From Rikenella sp. (lineage in GTDB: Bacteria > Bacteroidota > Bacteroidia > Bacteroidales > Rikenellaceae), in the NCBI GenBank assembly GCA_029054535.1, contig JAIDFC010000031.1, positions 1 to 42,491 of the forward strand: a DNA stretch of 42,491 nt, written 5' to 3'. Every line of letters starts with the position of its first letter. Position 1 is the first letter of the stretch. Shown one piece after another: positions 1 to 9,968 of the stretch. Position numbers and translations under genes: made by a program. Under the pieces are notes generated by a model that worked only from the letters and a program-made list of their open reading frames with translations, made no database searches and had not been told where the DNA came from.

Positions 1-430
1 GGGTCGGACGCCCGGGAGCGGCTGCAATCAATGACGCGTAAACGGCATACTTGCGGGCCTCCCGGGTGGGAGGCGTTTGGCCCGCGCGCCCTGCGATCGC
101 GGTTTCTCTCGAGCTGAAAACGGGTCGGAGCTTGCGAGGCCCGCCGCGCGTCAGCGAGAAATAGCGGGCCTTCGCGGGGCGAAGCTCCGGCCCGCCATGG
201 GGAGATCGTAGAGGATTTCAGTGGGCGACATGCAAAAAGAATATTCGGGTCGAACGCCCGGGATTATTAGGGTAGAGGCTGCCGGTAAAAGACGCTGTGC
301 GTCCCTCCCGAGGGGAGGCGTTTGGCCCGCACGCCCTTCGGGCGCGGTTTTCTTCGAATAGAGAAAGGCCCGCAACCAGCGCGATTTTTTCAAGCAATTT
401 CCGACTCGTAGAGTCGGTCGGTCAACAAAA
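1..430. repeat. Mosaic of dispersed GC-rich palindromic intergenic repeat modules
   Basis: 267-322 is identical (56/56) to 4449-4504. 1-105 matches the reverse complement of about 38095-38199. 199-229 (gggagatcgtagaggatttcagt..) matches the reverse complement of about 38241-38270. Confidence 0.85.
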
Positions 431-450
431 CACCGCGTTCCGTCCTCTCC

Positions 451-660
451 CTATTCCTGGAGGCAACGCAGCTGAAGACCGTATCCACGAGGATTGTTGA
501 TATTTCGGTTCATTCCGTCGTAATTGAAGTACAAGTTGTAGGCATAGATACCTGTAAAAGACGAAGCCCAACTGTGTCCGTTGCCGCCGACGGCACACAA
601 CGTACCTCCGGCACTATTTCCTCGGATACCGCTGTCGCGGAAGCCCGGAGCCGGGTAAAA
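451..660 (-). pseudogene. Silent variable cassette 1: C-terminal segment of a Fib_succ_major/C-type-lectin-like adhesin domain
   Basis: Manual translation gives FYPAPGFRDSGIRGNSAGGTLCAVGGNGHSWASSFTGIYAYNLYFNYDGMNRNINNPRGYGLQLRCLQE*. There is no ATG/GTG/TTG between the upstream in-frame TAA (739-741) and FYPAPG. Its ends are shared with cassettes 2 and 3. Confidence 0.8.
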
Positions 661-749
661 ACACCTCCCCGCAAACGGAACCCGGAAAAATCGAACCGAC
701 AGATCCGACCGCGCACCCCTTCCGACACGGCTATCCGATTAAAATACCG

Positions 750-757
750 TATCTTTG
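750..757 (+). promoter_or_regulatory. Bacteroidota sigma-A -7 element (TATCTTTG)
   Basis: Matches the TAnnTTTG consensus, 8 nt before the ATG at 766. Confidence 0.65.
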
Positions 758-765
758 TTCCCCGT

Positions 766-1974
766 ATGTCGTTTTCCCTGTTCGTCGCCCGGCGGCACCT
801 TTTCAGCCGCAAGTCTCGCTCGGTGGTCAACCTGATCGCCGGGGTGAGCGTCGTGGCCGTAGCCGTACCGGTCATGGCGCTGGTGTCGATCCTGTCGTTC
901 CACAACGGTTTGGGCGAATTTATCGGCCGGATGTACAGCGAGTTCGACTCCGAGATTCGGGTAACGCCGCGCGAAGGGCGATTCTTCGATGGCGACACCG
1001 TGCGGCGACGGATCGAGACACTGGCCGAGGTCGAATGCGTGGGGACGACCGTCGAACAGCCCGTGCTGCTCACGTACGGCGGCCGACAGTGGGTCGCGCT
1101 GATGCGGGGGGTGGACTCGGCCTATCGGCAGGTGGTGCCGATCGAACGGTTGATCGTGCAGGGCAAGTACCGGCTGCGGAGCGAAGAACCGGTCGAGATC
1201 GTGATCGGACAGGGAATCGCCTACACGCTCGGCGTGCAAACCGCATTGCCAGAACCGATCCGCATCTATGCGCTTCGACCGGGGAGCGGCAATACGTCGT
1301 TTCTGCCCACGACCCTCTACAATACCGCGTCGGCACGGCCCGTAGGGATCTACGCGCTGGACGAACAGACCGATTCGCGGTACGTTTTCGTAGCGTCGGA
1401 CCTGGCCCGGCGGTTGGCCGGGACGCGGGGCAAAATTTCGTCGCTGGAGATCCGGCTGCGAGAAGGGATCTCGGCAGAAGCCGGTTGCAACGCCGTTCGG
1501 CAGGCGGTCGGCGACGCGTTCGACGTGAAAAGCCGATTCGAACAGAAAGAGACCGTCTACCGCATGGTGGCTCAAGAGAAATGGGTCATCTACCTGCTGC
1601 TGATGTTCGTCGCTGCGATCGCCGCGCTGAGCCTCGTGGGTTCGGTGGTGATGCTGGCGGCCGACAAGGAACGGGATAGCGACATTCTGTTGGCCATGGG
1701 CGGAACGAAACGGATGTTGGTGCGAATCTTCGCTTGGGAGGGTATTTTGATTACGGCCTCGGGTGTAGCGGCAGGAATGGCGCTGGGGGTCGGTTTCGCC
1801 GGACTGCAAAAGTCATTCGGCCTGATCCGGATGAGCGGCGAGACGTTTTTAATGGAAGCCTATCCGGTGCGGATCGAGTGGTTCGACCTGACGATCGTCG
1901 CCGGCGGCGTACTGTTGCTCGGGGGGGCGATCAGTGCGGCCACGGCGGCCGGATTGATGAAACGGAAAGCATGA
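766..1974 (+). CDS. LolC/E (FtsX/MacB) family lipoprotein-releasing ABC transporter permease
   Basis: MSFSLFVARRHLFSRKSRSVVNLI N-terminus, TM1, large periplasmic domain, C-terminal TMs, and EK(W)..LL / LLAMG motifs. Start moved from the ORF-track 574 to ATG 766. Confidence 0.85.
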   Translation: MSFSLFVARRHLFSRKSRSVVNLIAGVSVVAVAVPVMALVSILSFHNGLGEFIGRMYSEFDSEIRVTPREGRFFDGDTVRRRIETLAEVECVGTTVEQPVLLTYGGRQWVALMRGVDSAYRQVVPIERLIVQGKYRLRSEEPVEIVIGQGIAYTLGVQTALPEPIRIYALRPGSGNTSFLPTTLYNTASARPVGIYALDEQTDSRYVFVASDLARRLAGTRGKISSLEIRLREGISAEAGCNAVRQAVGDAFDVKSRFEQKETVYRMVAQEKWVIYLLLMFVAAIAALSLVGSVVMLAADKERDSDILLAMGGTKRMLVRIFAWEGILITASGVAAGMALGVGFAGLQKSFGLIRMSGETFLMEAYPVRIEWFDLTIVAGGVLLLGGAISAATAAGLMKRKA

Positions 1975-2885
1975 AAAAGATTCTATATATCCTCGTACTG
2001 GCCTGTCTGAGCTTCGGCACCTCGTGTCGTCGGGGTCCGCAGGTCATTCCGGAAAAGACGCTGCGGGAGATCATGCGCGACGCGCTGGTGAGCCAAGCGA
2101 TTCTCCATGTCGACCGGGCCGGAAAGCCCAACCAGCTACCGCCCGACTCGATGGACATCCATACGGCGGTTTTGGCCCGGTACGGTTATACGATAGACGA
2201 CTTTCGGTACACCATCCGCGAGCTGTCGATGCGGAAGAGCAACCCGATGGCCAATATCCTGGGCCAGGTGGCCGAAGACATCAAAATATCTCGACAGGCC
2301 GCCGAACAACGCTATCGCGAGGTGTTGCGGGTCGACTCGATCGCCCAGGCCCGAACGGCCGACACCGTCTGGCGGAGCGACACGGTGGTTCGTGGACGGC
2401 TGGAGGGATACCGGTTCGCCTATGCCGACACGCGAGGCGGACAGGATTCGCTGGTCCCGGCCGGGACCTACCGATTGGTTTTCGACTACTCGACGGGCGG
2501 GCATGCCCGATCGTACACCAAATCGGTACGGACCAAGCGGACCACGCGGAGCGGCCAGACCATCGAGACCACGCTTTGGTTGCCGCCGGCCCGGGACACG
2601 ACCGGATACGAAGGGGAGATACGCGTCGGGGGAGAGACCCGGTCGTTGGAGGTGATCTTCGGCGAGAGCGTGCGGCGGGACCTGCCGCCAGACACCTGCT
2701 ACCTGACCCGGCTGCGGTTAGTCCACATCCTGCCGACGGCCGAGGCCCGCGCAGCGCTGCAGAGGCAGATCACCGGATTTCCGGACAACATCGAGGCATA
2801 CTATGACGAAATTTACTACGACACCCTCGGCCGAAGCGGCGGGACGGACGCTGGCCGCACCGTACCTCCTCGGATCGGACGGTAG
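1971..2885 (+). CDS. Putative lipoprotein, DUF4296-like N-terminal domain
   Basis: MKKILYILVLACLSFGTSC lipoprotein signal, VIPEKTLREIM..D and VLARYGYTIDDF..T motifs. ATGA overlap with the upstream stop. Confidence 0.7.
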   Translation: MKKILYILVLACLSFGTSCRRGPQVIPEKTLREIMRDALVSQAILHVDRAGKPNQLPPDSMDIHTAVLARYGYTIDDFRYTIRELSMRKSNPMANILGQVAEDIKISRQAAEQRYREVLRVDSIAQARTADTVWRSDTVVRGRLEGYRFAYADTRGGQDSLVPAGTYRLVFDYSTGGHARSYTKSVRTKRTTRSGQTIETTLWLPPARDTTGYEGEIRVGGETRSLEVIFGESVRRDLPPDTCYLTRLRLVHILPTAEARAALQRQITGFPDNIEAYYDEIYYDTLGRSGGTDAGRTVPPRIGR

Positions 2886-4026
2886 GTTGCGGCGAAACGG
2901 CGTGGTTCGTTTCGCCGCGGACGGCACGGTACTGAGCGTCGAAACAGAATGCGAACGCATCGACTCGCTGCCCCGCACCGAATACCATAACGGCATCCTG
3001 ATCCCGGGGATGGTCAACGCCCATTGCCACCTGGAGCTCTCGTGTTTCCGGGGGGCGATCCCGCCCCAGGCGGGGATGGTGGAGTTCATCCGCCAGGTGG
3101 TGTCGCGGCGGAACGACTTCCCGCGCGAGGTCCAGATCGAACGAGCGATCGAAGAAGACCGTACGATGTGGGCGGAGGGGATTCAGGCGGTGGGAGATAT
3201 CAGCAACGACACGACATCGTTTCCGGCCAAAACGCAGGCTTTACGCGAAGGGCGGACCGTATACCACACTTTCGCCGAGTACTTCGGTCTGCCGGCCGAA
3301 GAGGAGGCCGAAGCATTCTACCACCGGACGGTCGACCCGCTGCTGACGGCGGGCGCCGAGGCCGGACTGGTCGTTACGCCGACTCAACACTCGACTTACT
3401 TCGTTTCGGAGAAGCTCTTCCGGCTGGGAGCCGACTCGCCACGCATGTCGATCCACTTCATGGAGACGCCGGCAGAGGTCGACTTCTTCGACCGGCGGGG
3501 CGGAATCTACGACCTCGTAACGGCTTCGGCGGGGCGGGAACCGGACTTCCTGCGCTACGGGGGGCATGCCGAACGGCTCGTCGGGTCGCTGCCGCGAGAG
3601 GCACACCTCGTTCTGATCCACAACACCCAGATGCGACGGAAAGACTTGGACTCGATCCTCAGCCATTTTGAAGATGTAACATTCGTCCTCTGCCCCCGGT
3701 CGAACTACTACATCGACGCCGACTTCCCACCGGCCCGGATGCTCCTCGAGGCGGGTGCGCGGGTGGCGCTGGGGACAGACAGCCTCTCGTCGAACACCTC
3801 GCTCTCGCTGGTCGAGGAGGTGCGATGGCTCGCGGAACACGACCCGTCGCTACCGTTGGAGACGATGTTGCTGTGGGCGACGCTCGGAGGAGCTCAGGCT
3901 TTGGGACTCGGCGACTGCCTCGGAAGTTTCGAGCCGGGAAAACGGCCGGGAGCGGTTCTGCTTTCGGGGGTAGACTTCTCCACCCTGCGGCTCACGAAGG
4001 ATGCCCGGACGGTGCGGCTGCTCTGA
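2803..4026 (+). CDS. Metal-dependent amidohydrolase/deaminase (COG0402-type; substrate uncertain)
   Basis: PGMVNAHCHLELS (HxH), GDISN, IHFME, IHN, LCPRSN and ALGTDS motifs. Confidence 0.85.
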   Translation: MTKFTTTPSAEAAGRTLAAPYLLGSDGRLRRNGVVRFAADGTVLSVETECERIDSLPRTEYHNGILIPGMVNAHCHLELSCFRGAIPPQAGMVEFIRQVVSRRNDFPREVQIERAIEEDRTMWAEGIQAVGDISNDTTSFPAKTQALREGRTVYHTFAEYFGLPAEEEAEAFYHRTVDPLLTAGAEAGLVVTPTQHSTYFVSEKLFRLGADSPRMSIHFMETPAEVDFFDRRGGIYDLVTASAGREPDFLRYGGHAERLVGSLPREAHLVLIHNTQMRRKDLDSILSHFEDVTFVLCPRSNYYIDADFPPARMLLEAGARVALGTDSLSSNTSLSLVEEVRWLAEHDPSLPLETMLLWATLGGAQALGLGDCLGSFEPGKRPGAVLLSGVDFSTLRLTKDARTVRLL

Positions 4027-4029
4027 CAG

Positions 4030-5050
4030 CGGTTTAGCCGGATTTGGAGTTTTCTGCCGGAGGGTAGTAAAACGCCCTGTGGGCGCGCCTCCGCGGCGGA
4101 AGCGGAGCCCGGCCGGCCGACGCGTTCGCGCCACGGCGGCCGGCCTTTATTAGGGATAGACGCAATCCCGCGCGCGATTTCCGCCAGCGCGCGGGCAAAC
4201 ATGGTTTTTGGGACGTTATAGCGATGCGTAGCATCGCCCGCTCGCCGCGAGCACGCGGCCCCGCGCGGGAGCGCAGTTTTTGCATGTTGCCGAGCAAGCT
4301 TCAGTTTTCGAGTGCCGAGCTGCTCCGTCGCCCGCCCGCCTAAGTAGGAATTTCAAAAGTTTCGCTCTTGGCGAAATCTTTATGAAATTCCCGCGGGCGA
4401 CGGCTGCGGTGGATTTTTAGTGGCACCGGGTCGGAGACCCAGGATTATTTAGGGTAGAGGCTGCCGGTAAAAGACGCTGTGCGTCCCTCCCGAGGGGAGG
4501 CGTTCGGCCCGCGCGCCTGCGGCGCGGTTTGTTGCGAATCTTCATGAATCGCCCGGCGCGCGGTCAAAAACGGTCTGAGTCGCCGCTTGTTTCGGAGTTA
4601 AGATACACGGGGCGAAGCCAGCGGAGGTGCCCATGAGCGAAGCGAGTGTTGCATGCAGGCCTCCGCCCGGGGTGGCTTCGGCCCGCGCGACCGTAGGTCG
4701 CGGTTTATGACGGCTCTGAATGAATCGCCTGACGCGAGTGTCGACTGCGGGGAATTTTTACCGGTTTCGGCCCGGCGCCAGCGCGGTCGCAATCGAGCTC
4801 CGCGAGAAATTGCGTCCGTCGCCGGGGGTGGCGCCGGACCGCGCACCCTGCGGGTGCAGTTCATTGCGAAAAAGCGTGTCTCGGCAACTTGCAACCCGAA
4901 GGGTTGCCGGCCTTGTCGCCCAGCGGCGAAGCTGCTCGGGGGGCCCGAGAACGAAGTTTTCTTGAAAACGCACTTCGCCCGGCAAGCCAAAACCGGCCAT
5001 TACTCGGGGGAACACCGGTAGGTTCGCGCGCCCGGCGACGACCGCCGCGC
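4030..5050. repeat. Mosaic intergenic repeat region
   Basis: 4255-4320 vs 7954-8019 match at 62/66. 4449-4504 = 267-322. About 4614-4682 resembles about 8179-8244. 4816-4837 = 30290-30311. Confidence 0.85.
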
Positions 5051-5123
5051 ACCGAAACGTATAGATAACAAAAAGACAGATGCCAAGAACCGAACGGTTC
5101 GATCGATAACGAGGAGATGTATT

Positions 5124-7634
5124 ATGGAGAATGACTACTTATCCGGTCTGAACGGTCCGCAGCGGAGCGCCGTGGAAAACTACAACGGTCCGTCGCTGAT
5201 CATCGCCGGCGCCGGTTCGGGAAAGACCCGCGTGCTGACGATGCGGATCGCCCATATGTTGCGGGAAGGGATTTCGCCGCGGAATATCATGGCGCTGACC
5301 TTTACGAACAAGGCCGCCCGGGAGATGCGGGATCGGGTTGCGAAGATCCTGCCTTACGAGGCTGTTCGAGGACTGTGGATGGGGACCTTCCACTCGTTGT
5401 TCTGCCGGATCCTGCGGGCCGAGGCGCAGTTACTGGGCTTTCCGGAGGCTTTCACCATCTACGACACGGCCGACAGCCGGAACGTCGTCAAAGCGATCGT
5501 GCGACAGCTCGAACTGCCCGACGAACAGTACAAACCGAACGACGTGGCGGCCCGGATCTCGCTGGCTAAGAATAATTTGGTGCTGCCCGAGGCTTATGCC
5601 GCCAACGCCACCCTCGTCGGCGAAGACGCCCGAGCCAAACGGCCGCGGCTGGCCGAGGTTTATGCGGCCTACATGCGGCAGTGTCGACAGAACGGCGCGA
5701 TGGACTTCGACGACCTGCTGCTGTATATGAACATCCTGCTGCGCGACCATCCTGAGGTGGCCGAGCGGTACGGCGACCTGTTTCAGTACATCCTGGTGGA
5801 CGAGTACCAGGACACGAACTACTCGCAGTATCTGATCGTCAAGAAGTTGGCGGGCGTCCGGCGGAATATCTGCGTGGTGGGCGACGACTCGCAGAGCATC
5901 TACTCGTTCCGCGGAGCGCGGATCGAAAACATCCTGCGGTTCCAACAGGACTATCCCGAGGCGAAGATCTTCAAGCTGGAGCAGAACTACCGGTCGACCC
6001 GGACCATCGTCGAGGCGGCCAACAGCGTGATCGAAAAAAACAGCCGGAAGCTGCCCAAGCACCTCTTCTCCGAGAACGAACAGGGAGATCCGATCCGGGT
6101 GCTTTGTACCCTGAGCGACAAGGAGGAGGCCCAACGCGTAGCGTCCGACATTCATGCGACGTTGTACGGCGAGCAGGCTTCGGCCGACGACTTCGCGGTG
6201 TTGTACCGGACCAACGCCCAGTCGCGCGTGATCGAAGAACACTTGCGGGGGAATAATATTCCGTATCGGGTGTACGGCGGTCAGTCGTTCTACCAGCGGG
6301 CCGAAATCAAGGACGCGCTGGCCTACCTGCGGCTGGCGATCAACCCGCGCGACGACGAGTCGCTGCGGCGGATCATCAACGTACCGGCCCGCGGAATCGG
6401 GGATACGTCGGTCTCGAAGATCGTGGCCGCCGGTCAGGCCGAAGGGTGTTCGATGTGGGAGGTCCTGTTGCGACACACGCCCGAAGAGCTGGGGATTCGC
6501 GGCGGAGCGGTCCGGAGCGTCGGCGGATTCGTCCGGAACTTCACCGAGCTGTTCCGGCAGTCGGGCGAAATGGACGCCTACGCGCTGGCGACGGAGGTGA
6601 TGACCCGGTCGGGACTGGTGGCGCACTACAAGAACAGCGCCTCGGTCGAAGACGAATCGAGGCTTCAGAACGTCGAAGAGTTGCTCAACTCGATCCACGA
6701 GTTCGTCGAAGAACAACAGTCGGCAACGGAAGAGGAGGTCTCGGAGCTGTCGCCTGCGCCCGCAGCAGAGGCGGCAGAGGCGGAAACGCCGGCCGAGGCC
6801 GAACCGGCGGAGGCAGCGGCGCAACAAGCGAAGCCGGTTACGCTCGACCGGTGGCTTCAGGAGGTGGCCCTGCTCACCGACATGGACACGAACAAGGAGG
6901 ACAACACGCCGCGGGTAACGCTGCTGACGGTCCACGCCTCGAAAGGGCTGGAGTTCAAATACACCTATATCGTGGGGTTGGAGGAGAACCTTTTTCCGAG
7001 CCAGCACGGGAGCGTCTCGGCCGAAGATGTCGAGGAGGAGCGGCGGCTGTTCTACGTAGCGCTGACACGCGCCGAGAAACGGGCGACGCTGAGTTTCGCC
7101 CTCTCGCGGTTCAAGTGGGGGACGGTAGTACCTTCGCAGGCGAGCCGGTTCATCCGGGAGATCGACCCGAAGTACCTCGACATGCCGACCTTGCCGGACA
7201 GCGATGCATTCGGCTCTGCGGACGATGCGGAGAGCGAGGTTTCAGGCTTGCGAAACCGCTGGAATGCGGGCGGTACGGTCTCGACGCGGCGGGGGGACGA
7301 TCCGCGTCCGGCATTCGACCGCTACCAGCGGCGGACTTCGGCGGGGTCGGCGGGCTCTTCTGGTTCTACTGGGGGGTCGCAGCAGGCTCCGCCGGCGGGG
7401 TTCCGAAAGGTGGCTTCGAGGCCGACGGCTGCGACTCCAGCCGCTACGGAGGGCAAACCGCTCGACTCGGCGGGCGACCTGACCATAGGCGCACGGGTGG
7501 CACACAACCGATTCGGCATCGGCACGATAACCGCTTTTGAACAGACGGCCACCGATACGAAAGTTACGGTCCGATTCGAAGCAGCGGGGCTCAAAACGCT
7601 CCTGCTGAAATTCGCCAAGCTCCGCCTGCTCTGA
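5124..7634 (+). CDS. pcrA: ATP-dependent DNA helicase PcrA/UvrD
   Basis: AGAGSGKT Walker A, TFTNKAA, DEYQD, VGDDSQSIYSFRGA, LEQNYRS, TVHASKGLEF and EERRLFYVALTRA motifs, plus a C-terminal Tudor-like domain. Confidence 0.95.
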   Translation: MENDYLSGLNGPQRSAVENYNGPSLIIAGAGSGKTRVLTMRIAHMLREGISPRNIMALTFTNKAAREMRDRVAKILPYEAVRGLWMGTFHSLFCRILRAEAQLLGFPEAFTIYDTADSRNVVKAIVRQLELPDEQYKPNDVAARISLAKNNLVLPEAYAANATLVGEDARAKRPRLAEVYAAYMRQCRQNGAMDFDDLLLYMNILLRDHPEVAERYGDLFQYILVDEYQDTNYSQYLIVKKLAGVRRNICVVGDDSQSIYSFRGARIENILRFQQDYPEAKIFKLEQNYRSTRTIVEAANSVIEKNSRKLPKHLFSENEQGDPIRVLCTLSDKEEAQRVASDIHATLYGEQASADDFAVLYRTNAQSRVIEEHLRGNNIPYRVYGGQSFYQRAEIKDALAYLRLAINPRDDESLRRIINVPARGIGDTSVSKIVAAGQAEGCSMWEVLLRHTPEELGIRGGAVRSVGGFVRNFTELFRQSGEMDAYALATEVMTRSGLVAHYKNSASVEDESRLQNVEELLNSIHEFVEEQQSATEEEVSELSPAPAAEAAEAETPAEAEPAEAAAQQAKPVTLDRWLQEVALLTDMDTNKEDNTPRVTLLTVHASKGLEFKYTYIVGLEENLFPSQHGSVSAEDVEEERRLFYVALTRAEKRATLSFALSRFKWGTVVPSQASRFIREIDPKYLDMPTLPDSDAFGSADDAESEVSGLRNRWNAGGTVSTRRGDDPRPAFDRYQRRTSAGSAGSSGSTGGSQQAPPAGFRKVASRPTAATPAATEGKPLDSAGDLTIGARVAHNRFGIGTITAFEQTATDTKVTVRFEAAGLKTLLLKFAKLRLL

Positions 7635-7699
7635 TTCTCGGATTCTCCGAGACTACGCGCGCCTAAAGGGCGAGATCTGCCGTCTAACACTCGACTGCA

Positions 7700-8840
7700 A
7701 CAGTATTTTTAGAATGACATAGCGATGCGCAGTATCGGACGCGTTGCGTCTTTTACTTGGATTTTCACTGCCTTATAGTTGCCCGCCGCGGGCCACCCGG
7801 ACGCCGCCCGCGCAGGGCAGTCAGACACGGTTTTTAAGCGCGCCACGCCTAAAGAGGGAAATTATTCTTAGAACGGTATGGCGAAACTTCGTTTCGCAAG
7901 CCCACCGCGGGGCCCCGTCGGGGCTTTTGTTGGGGTTCTCTCTGCCTTATTTGGCGGCCCCGCGCGGGAGCGCAGTTCTTGCATGTTGCTGAGCAAACTC
8001 CAGTTTTCGAGTGCCGAGCGGCACCCCGCGCGCGACTGCTGGGGTAGGAAATCGTTCAGAAGCATGAATCGCTTTTGATCAAGATTTCCGCCAGCGCGCG
8101 GACAGACATGGTTTCTTTTGAGAAAGCCCGTCGCCCGCGGGCGGCGCGCAAAGACTGTTTTGCAACTGTTTTAGGGCCGAAGCCAGCGGAGGCGCGCATG
8201 AGCGAAGCGAGTGTTGCAGGCCTTCCGCCGGGGGTGGCGTCGGCTGTCATAGGGAGATCGCGAAAAATTGCGGGCGATGGCAGAACCTTTCTGAACAAAC
8301 CCAATTTTCGAGCGGCACTGGGTCGAACGCCCGAGAGGAACTGCAATTTTTGACGCGCAAGCGGCATAATTGCGGGCCCGGCCGATGGGCGGCGACCGCC
8401 CCACGCGCCCTGCGGGCGCGATTTGCTTAACTGGCAAAGCGCAGGCCGGATCTGTTACCGAATCGAGGACGCGCGACTCAATGAGTCGCGCGTCCCAGAA
8501 CCACCCGAAGCGGCGGGCCGAACTTTCGCAATGCTCACTCGTCCACTCCGCGGGCTACGGCCCGAATCCGAGGAGCATGGTTCCTTGTGAGCAAGCGTGT
8601 TTCAGCAATATGCGACCTAAAAGGTCGCCGGCCTGTGCGCCCAGGCGCTTTGCGCCTCGGGGGATGGCGCAAGGCCGAAGAGGCGAAACGGTGGTATCGG
8701 GCGTAGTTTCTTTAAATAGCAACAGCCCGGGACCCGGCGCGGAATTTCAGAGCAAACCCCAGTTTTCGAGTGCCGAGCAGCAGCAACATCCCCTAAAGGC
8801 GCATCAACAGAGTCGAGCCCTCGCCACGCAGAACCAATAG
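7700..8840. repeat. Mosaic intergenic repeat region
   Basis: 8026-8114 is a near-identical reverse complement of 36018-36106. 8252-8378 matches the reverse complement of about 38141-38270. Palindrome with 14-bp arms at 8467-8495, whose core recurs at 35630-35648. Confidence 0.85.
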
Positions 8841-8879
8841 CTATCGATTACTAAAACCGGAACCGTCAAAATACCCTAT

Positions 8880-9911
8880 ATGCGCAACCCCTACATCAGT
8901 TTTCTGCAAGCCTTCGGAATCCTGCTCGTCGTGGTCGGCCACGCCTTTCCGACCGACGGCCACGACAACCTGCTGTACCGATGGATCTACAGTTTCCATA
9001 TGCCGTTGTGGGTTTTCCTCTCCGGCTACCTGCTGCGGTACACCGCGCCGGAACCGAATCCGAGCGAGAGGTGTCCGCTGGTCGGGATCCCTTTCGGACC
9101 ATTCGTTGCCAAGAAGACGAGGCGATTGTTAATCCCTTATCTGCTTCTCTCCACGCTGGTCTTCGTCCCCAAAGCGTTCCTGAGCCGCTGGGCCGTCAAA
9201 CCTGTCGAACTATCTTGGAGCGCATACGTCGAGATGCTGCTCGTACCGTCGAAAAACGTAATCGTTTACTATTGGTTTCTGCCGACCATTTTTATCTTGC
9301 TGACCGGAACCGTACTGCTCGCCAAGGCGATATCGAAAGCTCGGATCGGCGGACGTATACCGCTTTGGACCTGGATCGCCGTCGCGTTAGGGCTTTCGGT
9401 CTTCAATCCGTTGGGCGGGGTGTCGTGGCTCAACCTGAGCGGGGTGGTGAAGTTCGGTTTCTTCTTCCTGCTCGGCATCGCCTACTGCACTTACCGAGAA
9501 CAAATCGACCGCACCCTGAACCTGCGCCACCCGTGGACCACGCTCGGCTGGGGAGCCACTTCCGTGGCGGCGGTTTTGATGGGATACGGGAGCCTCAACC
9601 CGCTGTTCGAACGACTCGCTGCCGTGTGCGGCATCCTCTTTGCGTTGTCTCTGGGACACGTCTACCTGCGGAGCGGGTGGCGTTTTCTGTCGCCGCTCGA
9701 CGGGTCGACCTACGCCATCTTTCTCTTCTCGTGGTTTCCGCAATCGACTCTGCGGGTGTTGCTCTACGACTGGAGCGAACTCTCCCCTTGGATCGGTGTC
9801 CCTCTGAGCACAGCGGCCGGAATCGCCGTACCGTGGTTCCTGTGGCAAGGCCTGCTATGGGCAAAACGGTGGCGGGCGGGACGCATTGCGACTATGTTAT
9901 GCGGGCAATAA
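8880..9911 (+). CDS. Acyltransferase family 3 (OafA-like) membrane O-acyltransferase
   Basis: GILLVVVGH, IYSFHMPLWVFLSGY and KKTRRLLIPY motifs; multi-pass membrane protein. Confidence 0.9.
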   Translation: MRNPYISFLQAFGILLVVVGHAFPTDGHDNLLYRWIYSFHMPLWVFLSGYLLRYTAPEPNPSERCPLVGIPFGPFVAKKTRRLLIPYLLLSTLVFVPKAFLSRWAVKPVELSWSAYVEMLLVPSKNVIVYYWFLPTIFILLTGTVLLAKAISKARIGGRIPLWTWIAVALGLSVFNPLGGVSWLNLSGVVKFGFFFLLGIAYCTYREQIDRTLNLRHPWTTLGWGATSVAAVLMGYGSLNPLFERLAAVCGILFALSLGHVYLRSGWRFLSPLDGSTYAIFLFSWFPQSTLRVLLYDWSELSPWIGVPLSTAAGIAVPWFLWQGLLWAKRWRAGRIATMLCGQ

Positions 9912-9968
9912 CCGACCTGAATCACCTCAAGACCGATGGAACTACTTTTATCCATTTCGATACATCCA

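Noticed and set aside
2803-2885. 83-bp overlap between the DUF4296 gene and the amidohydrolase
   Set aside because: Most simply explained by an uncertain start codon or a drifted stop; there is no evidence of a programmed frameshift.
6710-6840. Acidic Ala/Glu/Pro-rich insertion in PcrA
   Set aside because: It is an in-frame low-complexity linker in a variable region, with no intein or mobile-element hallmarks.
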